A stretch of DNA of 64,000 nt, from the NCBI GenBank assembly GCA_017550315.1, contig JAFZPN010000058.1, forward strand, positions 4,793-68,792, in the 5' to 3' direction. The notes beneath the pieces are model-generated. The model was not told the DNA's origin and made no database searches. It saw nothing but the letters and a program-made list of their open reading frames with translations. This document shows positions 28,489 through 36,639 of the stretch, piece by piece; the stretch's first letter is position 1; every line of letters begins with the position of its first letter. This DNA comes from Clostridia bacterium. Its GTDB lineage: Bacteria; Bacillota; Clostridia; Oscillospirales; CAG-272. Position numbers and translations under genes: made by a program.

Positions 28489-29007
28489 ATGCCGAGAATA
28501 CTTGCCGTCATCATAGAATGGTTGGTTTTACTGTGCGTTTTGTGGGGCATTTTCTTCCTCTCGACCCTTTGGCATGAATGCGGACATGCTGTCGGCTATA
28601 TGCTGGCGACGGGGGACAGGCATTGGCACATCCGGGTGGGATGGGGAAAACGGCTTATACACACAAAACCGCTGACCGTGAATCTGCTCGTCTTCGACGG
28701 ATTCTTTACCCCCGCCGAAAAGAAGATCGATACAAAAGCGAAACGCATCGCGACTCTCGCGGGAGGGCCCGTCTTCTCCCTCCTGCTGACCGCGGGACTT
28801 TCGGCTATGCGGTTCGGCGGGCAGTCCTTCGCATCGGACTTTTTCGCGGACGGCACGGTGGAATTCTTTTTGAATACCGCGATCGCCGTCAATCTGTTTG
28901 TTTTCGTTTTATCCGTTGCCCCTGTCCGCTATTTTCACGGGGAGATCAAGGGTCTGGAAACCGACGGGCTTCAAATCCTGCGTGCCGTCAGAAAGCGCGG
29001 CGACTGA
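28489..29007 (+). CDS. minimal M50 (site-2 protease-like) membrane metalloprotease, 172 aa
   Basis: GGAGGAGG RBS, then ATG 28489. HExxH sits inside TM1 (LWHECGHAVGY). About 3 TM. A distal Asp motif (GLETDGLQIL) resembles the M50 LDG ligand motif. Only the last 172 codons of the 27457-29007 ORF are credible. Confidence 0.65.
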   Translation: MPRILAVIIEWLVLLCVLWGIFFLSTLWHECGHAVGYMLATGDRHWHIRVGWGKRLIHTKPLTVNLLVFDGFFTPAEKKIDTKAKRIATLAGGPVFSLLLTAGLSAMRFGGQSFASDFFADGTVEFFLNTAIAVNLFVFVLSVAPVRYFHGEIKGLETDGLQILRAVRKRGD

Positions 29008-29079
29008 ATCCACGAGCTTTCGAGAATTCGACGAATTCCTGTTTTTCAGGATCATCTCAAAAAGAACGGAGAGCGTCCT

Positions 29080-30132
29080 ATGTTCCACTGGAAATCCATC
29101 CCGCAGACCGTCATTGCGCCGCGTGCCGCGAGTCTGCGCCTCTTCCGCCTGCGTGACGGCCGCCTGATCGCCGCCGCGGAGACTGCGCGGGGGATCCGCG
29201 TCTATACCACCGCCGACGACGGGCAGAGCTGGGCCGACGCGGGGCCGGGCAGCTTTACTCCCGATCTGGTCTCGGCAAACCCGGAATTCTTCGAGATGCC
29301 GGATGGGCGGATCCTGCTCGCGCACCGGGCGATCGGGAAGCGGGAGAACGGCTTCTATACCTCGCTCCGGGTGAACGTCTGTGAGGATCCGGGCGGCATG
29401 AACTTCCGTCCGCATTCCGTCGTGACGGAGTACACCGAGCCGGACGGCGGATTCCGGGGCGTATGGGAACCCTGCCTCGGCATATTGAACGGCGTGCTGA
29501 CCTGCTTTTACGCGAACGACGCCACCTCCGTCACGCCGCAGCAGAACATCGAGTACAAGCAGTGGGACGGCGCACAGTGGTCGAACCGGACGGTGGTGTG
29601 CGACGGGGTACAACACGACTCCCGGGACGGGATGCCGGTCTGGATCCCTCTGAGGGCCGGCGGATATGCCCTCGTGATCGAAGCCACCTGCCGGCGGAGG
29701 GAACCGGGCAGACACCCCTTTGTGATCCAGCTTCTCTTCTCGCCCGACGGCGTGAGATGGAGCGATCCGGTCGACATCTTCCGGCCGGGCACCGACGGCT
29801 CGAAGGCGGGCGCGCCGTGGATCGCGGAGCTGGAGGACGGGCGGCTCGTCGTGTCGTTCCAGACGGACGAGGACAGCGAGACAAAGGGCGACTGCACCTC
29901 CGTCATGAAAACCATGATCTCGGACGGCTCGCCCGCGTGGGAATTGCATACAGAGAAGTTCGGTCCCGCCGAGACGGTATTCGAGGTGCCGGAGGGATCG
30001 GGCGCGCTCTGGGCAGCGGTCTATACGGACGGGCGGGAGCTGTTCGCGTCTGCCGGGACCGGGGACGGCGCCGTCATGAAGCGGGCAGCGATTGAGAAAA
30101 TCCACGAATCGGAGAAACGGTCGAATCTATGA
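29080..30132 (+). CDS. BNR/Asp-box beta-propeller protein (sialidase GH33-like), no signal peptide
   Basis: Asp-box-like motifs (TTADDGQSW, SPDGVRW) and repeated propeller blades. 350 aa. Confidence 0.7.
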   Translation: MFHWKSIPQTVIAPRAASLRLFRLRDGRLIAAAETARGIRVYTTADDGQSWADAGPGSFTPDLVSANPEFFEMPDGRILLAHRAIGKRENGFYTSLRVNVCEDPGGMNFRPHSVVTEYTEPDGGFRGVWEPCLGILNGVLTCFYANDATSVTPQQNIEYKQWDGAQWSNRTVVCDGVQHDSRDGMPVWIPLRAGGYALVIEATCRRREPGRHPFVIQLLFSPDGVRWSDPVDIFRPGTDGSKAGAPWIAELEDGRLVVSFQTDEDSETKGDCTSVMKTMISDGSPAWELHTEKFGPAETVFEVPEGSGALWAAVYTDGRELFASAGTGDGAVMKRAAIEKIHESEKRSNL

Positions 30133-30755
30133 AAATCTATGTTCTGCGCCACGGCGAAACGGCTCTGAACGCGAAAGGCGTCATGCAGGGCTGGCTCAAC
30201 GAACCGCTGAATCAAAACGGACGCGATCTCGCCGTCGCGACCGGGCGGGCGATGCGGGGGATCCGTTTTGACGCCTGTATTTCCAGCCCCCTCGTCCGGG
30301 CGAGGGAAACGGTTGAGATCATCCTCCGGGAGAGCGGGAACGACATTCCGATCTCCGTCGACGACCGCATCCGGGAGATCCATTTCGGCGATCTGGAAGG
30401 AATGACCTTCCGGGAGATGGGAGAAGCCGGGACGCTGTTCTACACCGATCCCTTCCGCCTGACGGGATTCCCGAACGGCGAGACGATCCGGGATCTGTGC
30501 AACAGAACCCAGGCGTTCCTCCGGGAACTGATCGCGAAGGACGACGGAAAAACCTATCTGATCGGCACGCACGGCTGCGCGACGAGGGCGATGTTAAATT
30601 TCCTGTACGACGATCCGGCGGATTTCTGGCAGGGCCGCGCGCCTTACAACTGCTCCGTGAACATCGTCGAAGCACAGGCCGGGGTGCCGCGCCTGACGGC
30701 CATCGACAAGGTCTACTACGATCCCGGATTGATCGTGGATCACTATAAGCAGTGA
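30129..30755 (+). CDS. histidine phosphatase family protein (phosphoglycerate-mutase-like)
   Basis: ATGA overlap with the BNR gene. Catalytic RHGET at the N-terminus, SSPLVRARET, and a second His in GTHGC. Confidence 0.85.
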   Translation: MKIYVLRHGETALNAKGVMQGWLNEPLNQNGRDLAVATGRAMRGIRFDACISSPLVRARETVEIILRESGNDIPISVDDRIREIHFGDLEGMTFREMGEAGTLFYTDPFRLTGFPNGETIRDLCNRTQAFLRELIAKDDGKTYLIGTHGCATRAMLNFLYDDPADFWQGRAPYNCSVNIVEAQAGVPRLTAIDKVYYDPGLIVDHYKQ

Positions 30756-30802
30756 GGCAAGACGGGGAAAATGACAACCCGTGAGAGGGAGTAAGAAGAA
30801 AG

Positions 30803-31741
30803 ATGTTTGATTACTTATACCGGGAATCTCTTGCCCGGGCGGAACACAAGGTGTGGATCCTGTCCGATCTTCAGCAGAGACTGCCGGAGAATACGAAGCG
30901 CTGCCTCGAGGCGGGGATCTCGGACTTTGAACTCCTCGGGCGGCCGGCGGAGCAGATCTGGTATCTGGGCGACGCGGTCGAGGGGGCGGAGGCGGACAGG
31001 CTTCTGGCGATGTGCCGCCTGCAGGAGGAGGCGTTCGCATCGCTGGGGCTCCCGCTGTGCTACGCGACCGGCAACCACGATTACGATTACGCGCGGTCCC
31101 ACCGGGAGGAAGCGCCCTGGATGCCGTTTTATGAAATGGTGCGCGACCATCCCGGTTGGAAGACGACGGAGAGGTGCGAGGATTTTTACTTCCGCACGCA
31201 GATCGGGAAGTACCCCGTCTATTTCCTCTGCGATCACATCTCGCCTGAGAACACGTGGTGCGTGACGCATTCCCGGATCGTGTGCGGGGAGGAAAACTAT
31301 CCCTATACCGACGCGGATGCCGAGGCGCTCCGGGCGAAGATGGCGCAGGAGACGGAGCCGATGATCACCTGCGGCCACTATGGCTACGCCGGCTGCAACC
31401 GCGACCACGCGCTGATGGACAAGCTGCTCCCGCTGCCCGCCATGGAACGCATCCATTTCTACGGCCATTCGCATATCGGCGACTGGGTCTGGGGGAAAAA
31501 GGACACCTGGCGCAGGATCTGCTGGGTGGACTGGCATGACGTGCCGCAGATCGACGTGTCGAGCTTCGAGAACATCCGCGGCGAACACTGCCGGAGCGTT
31601 CTGCTGCACATCTACCCGGACGGAAACATGGGCGTCTTCTTCCGCGACCACGATCACCACCGCTTTACGGAGGCGTATTTCCCCGCGCGGGAGAACGGGC
31701 CGGAGGGCTGGGCGGAACAGCGGATCCGGTACGGGGGCTGA
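30803..31741 (+). CDS. calcineurin-like metallophosphoesterase
   Basis: Metallophosphoesterase motifs in the expected order: ILSDLQ, GDAVEG, GNHD, GHYG, GHSH. Confidence 0.75.
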   Translation: MFDYLYRESLARAEHKVWILSDLQQRLPENTKRCLEAGISDFELLGRPAEQIWYLGDAVEGAEADRLLAMCRLQEEAFASLGLPLCYATGNHDYDYARSHREEAPWMPFYEMVRDHPGWKTTERCEDFYFRTQIGKYPVYFLCDHISPENTWCVTHSRIVCGEENYPYTDADAEALRAKMAQETEPMITCGHYGYAGCNRDHALMDKLLPLPAMERIHFYGHSHIGDWVWGKKDTWRRICWVDWHDVPQIDVSSFENIRGEHCRSVLLHIYPDGNMGVFFRDHDHHRFTEAYFPARENGPEGWAEQRIRYGG

Positions 31742-31825
31742 AGAAGCCTTTCGCCGCGTAAGAGGGAGAATCGCATGCGAGGAGCGCACGCAGAGAGGAC
31801 AAGCTGAACCATAAGCGAAAAACAG

Positions 31826-31865
31826 AGAAGCCATCTCCGGCCCCGGAAATGGCTTCTTTTTCGTT
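31826..31865. terminator. bidirectional rho-independent terminator
   Basis: Stem AGAAGCCAT / ATGGCTTCT followed by TTTTTCGTT on the + strand, with CTGTTTTT on the - strand. It lies between convergent operons. Confidence 0.7.
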
Positions 31866-31875
31866 CGTGCCGCGC

Positions 31876-32286
31876 TCATGCCAGCTTTTTTACGATCGTC
31901 AGGATGTTCTGTCCCTCCCGCCGTTCATAGTGCATGGCATCCATGCTCTTTTTCACCATGAAGATCCCGAGCCCCCCGATCTGCCGCTCGTCGGCGGATA
32001 AGGTCACGTCCGGGTCGGGCTTTTCCAGCGGATCATACGGGGTGCCGCTGTCAAGGAAGGTGACCGTCACGGTCTTCGGTTCCGGCGCCGTATCCACCCG
32101 AATGGTGACGCTGCCTTCTCCGGGGGCATAGGCATAGCTGGCGATATTGACGAAGAGTTCTTCCACCGCGATGTCCATCTGTGTCTGCACTTTCATGCCG
32201 CAGCCCGCCCCGTCCAGCTCCGCGTCCAAGAAGGCCAGCACCTTTTCGAGGTTGCCTGTATTCGCCTCGATCGTCATCTCAGCCAT
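31876..32286 (-). CDS. RsbW/SpoIIAB-type anti-sigma-factor-like serine kinase (HATPase_c_2)
   Basis: Start ATG 32286 (GGAGGGAG RBS), with an 8-nt overlap with the SpoIIE gene. Intact N-box EELFVNIASYA, G1 FLDSGTPYDP and G2 GGLGIFMV. Confidence 0.8.
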   Translation of the reverse strand: MAEMTIEANTGNLEKVLAFLDAELDGAGCGMKVQTQMDIAVEELFVNIASYAYAPGEGSVTIRVDTAPEPKTVTVTFLDSGTPYDPLEKPDPDVTLSADERQIGGLGIFMVKKSMDAMHYERREGQNILTIVKKLA

Positions 32287-33892
32287 GGTTTTCTCCCTCC
32301 GGTCCGGTATAGTGCAGCCCCAGCATGGTGATGTCGTCAAACTGCGGGGCATCGCCCACAAAGGCATCGATTGCCTGTCTCATGTTGCGCAAAAGCATCT
32401 CGGGCGCGGCGTCCGGATCCTGATTCAGCTCATCGAGCATCCGGCCCGTCCCGAACAGTTCATTCCCCATGTTTGTGGCTTCCGTCACGCCGTCGGTATA
32501 GACGAACAGGCTGTCCCCGGGATGCAGCTCGAATTCGTGCTCCCGGAACCGCATGCCTTCCAGGGCCGCCACGGCGGGAGAATGGCGGTAGACGACCAGC
32601 TCGTAGGTCCCGTCCGCACGTCGGAGGGCAGGATGCTCATGCCCGGCATTGGCCGCCAGTCCTTTCCCCGTCTGGAGGTCCATGATGGCGAACCACACCG
32701 TGACGAAGAGCTCCGCCTCGTTGCCTTCGCAAAGCTGCTCATTCACATACTGCAGGACTTCGGCAGGTCCGCCGCCCATCTGCGCGCGGTTCTTGATGAG
32801 CGTTTTGGCGATCACCATGAAGAGCGCCGCCGGGACGCCCTTGCCGGATACGTCCGCCATGACAAGGCCCAGATGGTCGTGGTCGATGAGGAAGAAGTCG
32901 TAAAAGTCGCCGCCCACTTCCTTGGCCGGGGTCATGGTGGCGTAGATGTCGAATTCCCGCCGGTCGGGGAAGGCCGGGAAAATCCGGGGCAGCATATCCG
33001 CCTGGATCTGGGTGGCCACGTTCAGCTCCGCGCCGATCCGCTCCTTCTCCGCCGTGATGTTCCGGATATTCTCGATATACTTGACGATATCGTCCTCCAT
33101 CAGGCGGATGGATTCCGCCAGGTCCTGGATCTCGTCCTTTGTCCGGATGTCTTCGAGGCGCGTGGTCGTCGCGGTGCTGTTCTGCGCGAATTCCGTGACG
33201 TTTTTGCGGATGCGCATGAGCGGCCCGACGAAATTGCGGCGCATGAAGAACCAGTAGGCAACGCTGAAGACCGCCAGGATCCCCAGGGAGAACAGGATCA
33301 TTTTCGCGATGTACCCGTACAGGGTGGACAAAATCATCTCCATCCATACATCCACGAACAGCAGCGCGACGATTTTGCCCTGGCTGTCGATCACGGGGAG
33401 CATGCTCGAGGTGAGATATCCGTATCGCGGGGAGTGCCGGACCATATAGTTGTCGGGGCTCGTCCCTTCGGTGTAGCATGCCCATACCTTGTCGAAATAG
33501 GACGAGACCGGATCCGTGTCCCCGATCGGAACGCCCGAGGAGTCAAAGACATAGCGGACCGTCTGATCCTCGTAGACCGTCACGATGTAGATATACGCCG
33601 CGCCCGACGCGACCTCCACATTCTTGATATACGCCGCGATCTCCGCGTAGTCCTCGTCCTCGGTCCAGGTCTCTGCATACTGACCGACCTTGTCGTGATC
33701 GATGTGATCCAGGATGATATTCGCGATCACGTAGCCGTTTTCGTTGTACAGCTTCCGGATCGTATTGCTGTACTGAATATAGCCGCTGAGCGTGGAGACG
33801 ACGCAGATCAGGATCGTCATCAAAACAACGCTGAGCAAAAGCTTTTTGCTGATTCCGAAACGGATGGTTCCGGCTGTCTTGTCTTTACGCAT
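32279..33892 (-). CDS. membrane sensor PP2C phosphatase (SpoIIE/RsbU family) with extracytoplasmic Cache-like domain and HAMP-like linker
   Basis: Order is TM1, a loop of about 150 aa (YIYIVTVYEDQT...VIDSQGKIVALLFVDVWM), TM2, a linker, then PP2C motifs (GGDFYDF, MADVSGKGVPAALFM, VYTDGVTEA, FDDITML). Confidence 0.85.
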   Translation of the reverse strand: MRKDKTAGTIRFGISKKLLLSVVLMTILICVVSTLSGYIQYSNTIRKLYNENGYVIANIILDHIDHDKVGQYAETWTEDEDYAEIAAYIKNVEVASGAAYIYIVTVYEDQTVRYVFDSSGVPIGDTDPVSSYFDKVWACYTEGTSPDNYMVRHSPRYGYLTSSMLPVIDSQGKIVALLFVDVWMEMILSTLYGYIAKMILFSLGILAVFSVAYWFFMRRNFVGPLMRIRKNVTEFAQNSTATTTRLEDIRTKDEIQDLAESIRLMEDDIVKYIENIRNITAEKERIGAELNVATQIQADMLPRIFPAFPDRREFDIYATMTPAKEVGGDFYDFFLIDHDHLGLVMADVSGKGVPAALFMVIAKTLIKNRAQMGGGPAEVLQYVNEQLCEGNEAELFVTVWFAIMDLQTGKGLAANAGHEHPALRRADGTYELVVYRHSPAVAALEGMRFREHEFELHPGDSLFVYTDGVTEATNMGNELFGTGRMLDELNQDPDAAPEMLLRNMRQAIDAFVGDAPQFDDITMLGLHYTGPEGENHG

Positions 33893-34478
33893 GGATTCTT
33901 GCCTCCTCGTCCAGTTTCTTCACATAGAACACCGCGTCGCAGATGCAGTGATTCCGCTTGCAGTAAGGGCAGTAAAGGAACATGTCCACCCACGGCTGAT
34001 GAATCTCGGCGATCGCGTCAAAGCCGTTGTCGCGGAAGATATGCCGCATCGGGACTTCGCGTCCCAGCGGACGTAGCGCCGTGGCCAGGATCATCTTCGC
34101 GCCGCGTTCCCGGAGCACCGGCTCAAGGTCGCGGATGAAGGAGGAGCAGATGCCGAGCTTCTGATACGCCGTCTCCGTGCTCGCCGTTTTGTAGACGCCC
34201 ACGAGCGTGTCCCCGGCATAGTCTTTTAATCCCTCCGGCCTTTCGGATACATGTAAGAGCGGGAGCGCCTCGTCGAGCGTGGACAGAAATCCGTAAAAGA
34301 AGGAGACGGGTTTGTCGTCCCTGTCGGCGTCGGTGACCACGTAGAAGAGATGCTGATCTCCGTGAAGCAGTTCGCCGAGCTCTTCGAGAGAATAATAATC
34401 CGCCGCGATATATTCGTCGATCAGGCGTTTGACTTCCGGCACGTCCCGGGCCTCTGCTTTTCGGATTTCAAGTTTCAT
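33885..34478 (-). CDS. GNAT-family N-acetyltransferase with C-terminal Cys cluster
   Basis: The start overlaps the MATE stop by 11 nt. GNAT-like core (YKTASTETAYQKLGICSSFIRDLEPVLRERGAKMILA). C-terminal CPYCKRNHCIC. Confidence 0.7.
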   Translation of the reverse strand: MKLEIRKAEARDVPEVKRLIDEYIAADYYSLEELGELLHGDQHLFYVVTDADRDDKPVSFFYGFLSTLDEALPLLHVSERPEGLKDYAGDTLVGVYKTASTETAYQKLGICSSFIRDLEPVLRERGAKMILATALRPLGREVPMRHIFRDNGFDAIAEIHQPWVDMFLYCPYCKRNHCICDAVFYVKKLDEEARIHA

Positions 34479-36264
34479 TCCTGTTTCCTTCTTTCAGTAT
34501 GATCTGCAGGGTGTTGACGCCGAAGGCGCGCTGGTAGTCGACGATTTCCACCATCTTCCGGATCATCCGCACCCCCATGTACATATCGTCCCCGACCGCA
34601 CCGGTCCCGGGCGAGAAGCAGAACGGGTTGAACGCGATTCCGCTGTAACGGATGCGGATGCCGCTGACGCCGCTGACCGAAAATGCGCGCAGATCAAACC
34701 GGAGAGTCTGACTCCCCTTTGACTGGTTGACCTGCTGGATCAGCGTCATCACTTCCTCCATGCTCATCTCGAGGCGCATCGTTTCCTTGCCGTTCATGCC
34801 GTTTGCCGCGCAGAATCCGCTGATGCGTTCGCTGGCGCGGACGATTTCGTCGATGTCCGCGTCTACGGAGAAATTCAGGACCTTTCCGGTTCTTTCATTT
34901 TCAAGATTGGTCATCAGATACCGGGAATCCTGGGGCCTCTGCCGGTGATGCACCCACGTCGCGCACCACCAGAAGGCCACCGTCGCCATCTCGGAGACGA
35001 ACAGGAAGGAAAAGGTCGAAAAAGGAACGGCAATGGCCAGACGCAGGGCGGCATAGGTCAGCACGATGACGCGCAGGAAGATGAGCATGTTTGACCAGAT
35101 GTTCAGACCGGCCATGTTGTAATAGGTCGTCAGGATCTGCAACAGCAGCGCCGGAAAGACGGAAAACGCCATCCACAGGAGCGGGACGAGGATCGATGCG
35201 GAGAGGCCGTACATCGCCGGGATCACCCCGGACAGCGCTGCGCAGAGAATCAGAAAGATCCCCCCGGCGATGCAGCCGATCTTCCACTCCTCGCGGAGCA
35301 GCAGCCGGCAGCTTCCGTTGTCGCGCTCCCCGCTGAACACCCCAAGCATCGCGCTGCCCGCAGCCGGCACCCCGAGCGTGACGCACTCGCCGAAGCCCCA
35401 GATCCCGTTGACTGCGGTGAAAACCGCCACCAGCCCCGCGCCGCCGCAGGCCATCAGCAGGGAGTTGACGATCAGCAGCCGCACGGTCGAGCAGAGATTA
35501 TTGAAGGCCGACGGAAAGCCCGCGGAGGCGATGGTCAGCCAGTCCTTCCGGCTCCTTACGATTTCCGCGCGCCAGGTATAGGGGCTGTCCTTGGAAAACA
35601 GGCGCAGCACGCCGTAGAAGCAGGCCAGCGCCGTGGCGATCACACTGGCCAGGCCAGCGCCGAAAACGCTCATGTCCAGAAAATATACGAACAGCACATC
35701 CAGCACGATGTTCACGACCGTCATGGAAGCCATCATGACGGTCACGTCGGCGTTTTTGCCGTCCAGGCGCAGATACCAGAACGGGATGTAGATCAGGATC
35801 TTGGGAAGCGCCCCGATCACGGTGATGACCACATACTGCATCACATATCCGCGGGTCACCTCGTCGGCGCAGAGAAAAGACACCAGCTGCCGGCGGAACA
35901 CCAGGGCGAGCAGGGTGACGGCCAACGAAGCCAGCACCGACACATTCAGGCCGGTGTGAAAGTAGATGTCCCGCTTTGCCGCGTCGCCGATGCCGATGGC
36001 CCGGGCGGCGGGAATCACCGTGCCCGCGGCGAGAAAAGAGCCGATCACGCAGAGCGCCAGATACACCGGCAGACTCAGGTTGATCGCCGCGAGCGCTTCC
36101 GGGCCGACGCGTCTGCCCACCAGGATGCCGTCCACGAACACGTTGATGTTGACGCTCAGGATCGAGAGCATCCCCGTGACGACGGCTTTGTGATAGGTCT
36201 CCCGGATAAAGACGGCATTCTGTGCCAGTCCGTTATCTCTTTGGTTTTCCTGTATCGTTTCCAT
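34468..36264 (-). CDS. MATE-family efflux transporter fused to a C-terminal degenerate GHKL (RsbW-like) domain
   Basis: About 12 TM with a MATE N-terminal pattern (VFVDGILVGRRVGPEALAAINLSLPV). The last 140 aa or so are soluble and follow the HATPase_c_2 layout, but lack the N-box Asn and the G1 Asp (EEVMTLIQQ; IRIRYSGIAFNPF; DDMYMGVRMIRKM). Confidence 0.85.
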   Translation of the reverse strand: METIQENQRDNGLAQNAVFIRETYHKAVVTGMLSILSVNINVFVDGILVGRRVGPEALAAINLSLPVYLALCVIGSFLAAGTVIPAARAIGIGDAAKRDIYFHTGLNVSVLASLAVTLLALVFRRQLVSFLCADEVTRGYVMQYVVITVIGALPKILIYIPFWYLRLDGKNADVTVMMASMTVVNIVLDVLFVYFLDMSVFGAGLASVIATALACFYGVLRLFSKDSPYTWRAEIVRSRKDWLTIASAGFPSAFNNLCSTVRLLIVNSLLMACGGAGLVAVFTAVNGIWGFGECVTLGVPAAGSAMLGVFSGERDNGSCRLLLREEWKIGCIAGGIFLILCAALSGVIPAMYGLSASILVPLLWMAFSVFPALLLQILTTYYNMAGLNIWSNMLIFLRVIVLTYAALRLAIAVPFSTFSFLFVSEMATVAFWWCATWVHHRQRPQDSRYLMTNLENERTGKVLNFSVDADIDEIVRASERISGFCAANGMNGKETMRLEMSMEEVMTLIQQVNQSKGSQTLRFDLRAFSVSGVSGIRIRYSGIAFNPFCFSPGTGAVGDDMYMGVRMIRKMVEIVDYQRAFGVNTLQIILKEGNRNET

Positions 36265-36346
36265 GGTTCATCCTTCGGAAAGGCGTTGATTTCGGCCGCG
36301 TTGTCCGGGACTATCTGCGGACACAGGCGTTTACAAACAAAATCAT

Positions 36347-36389
36347 GGCGGGACCCCTCGATGAGGGTCCGGTCGCCGGGTTTCCCGCC
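36347..36389 (-). promoter_or_regulatory. GC-rich leader hairpin plus U-tract (candidate attenuator) in the 5' UTR of the MATE operon
   Basis: On the minus-strand RNA, GGCGGGAAACCC...GGGTCCCGCC can pair (about 10 bp with a bulge). It starts within a few nt of the predicted TSS and is followed by AUGAUUUUGUUUG (36334-36346). Confidence 0.3.
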
Positions 36390-36392
36390 TCT

Positions 36393-36421
36393 ATTATACA
36401 GCAGGACGCGGGAGAAGTCAA
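36393..36421 (-). promoter_or_regulatory. near-consensus sigma-70 promoter of the MATE/GNAT/SpoIIE/kinase operon
   Basis: On the minus strand: -35 TTGACT (36421-36416), 17-nt spacer, -10 TATAAT (36398-36393). It lies about 130 nt upstream of ATG 36264. Confidence 0.7.
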
Positions 36422-36527
36422 TACGCGGAAGGCGTCTCCTCGCCGGAGTCTGCCGCGCGTCCCGGTCCGGCAGCGCAAACGGTTTCTTTGAAACGAAAAA
36501 TTTTCTACGGAATATGTCCCATAACGC

Positions 36528-36557
36528 TGGACAAAGACCGGTTTTGCGTGGTATAAT
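36528..36557 (+). promoter_or_regulatory. extended -10 promoter of the giant surface-protein operon
   Basis: -35-like TGGACA (36528-36533), 18-nt spacer, TGGTATAAT (36549-36557). It lies about 80 nt upstream of ATG 36640. Confidence 0.5.
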
Positions 36558-36639
36558 ACATTATTCTGAAAAAAGTTTGCCGCGGCAGCCGGGTTCCGCC
36601 TGTTCCGCGGTCATCTCAAACGGTTTTGGAGGTTTATCC

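Noticed and set aside
35956-36639. In-frame N-terminal extension of the giant ORF (track start 35956)
   Set aside because: The extension runs antisense through the MATE gene and its promoter. The GGAGG RBS, ATG 36640 and a classic signal peptide define the real start.
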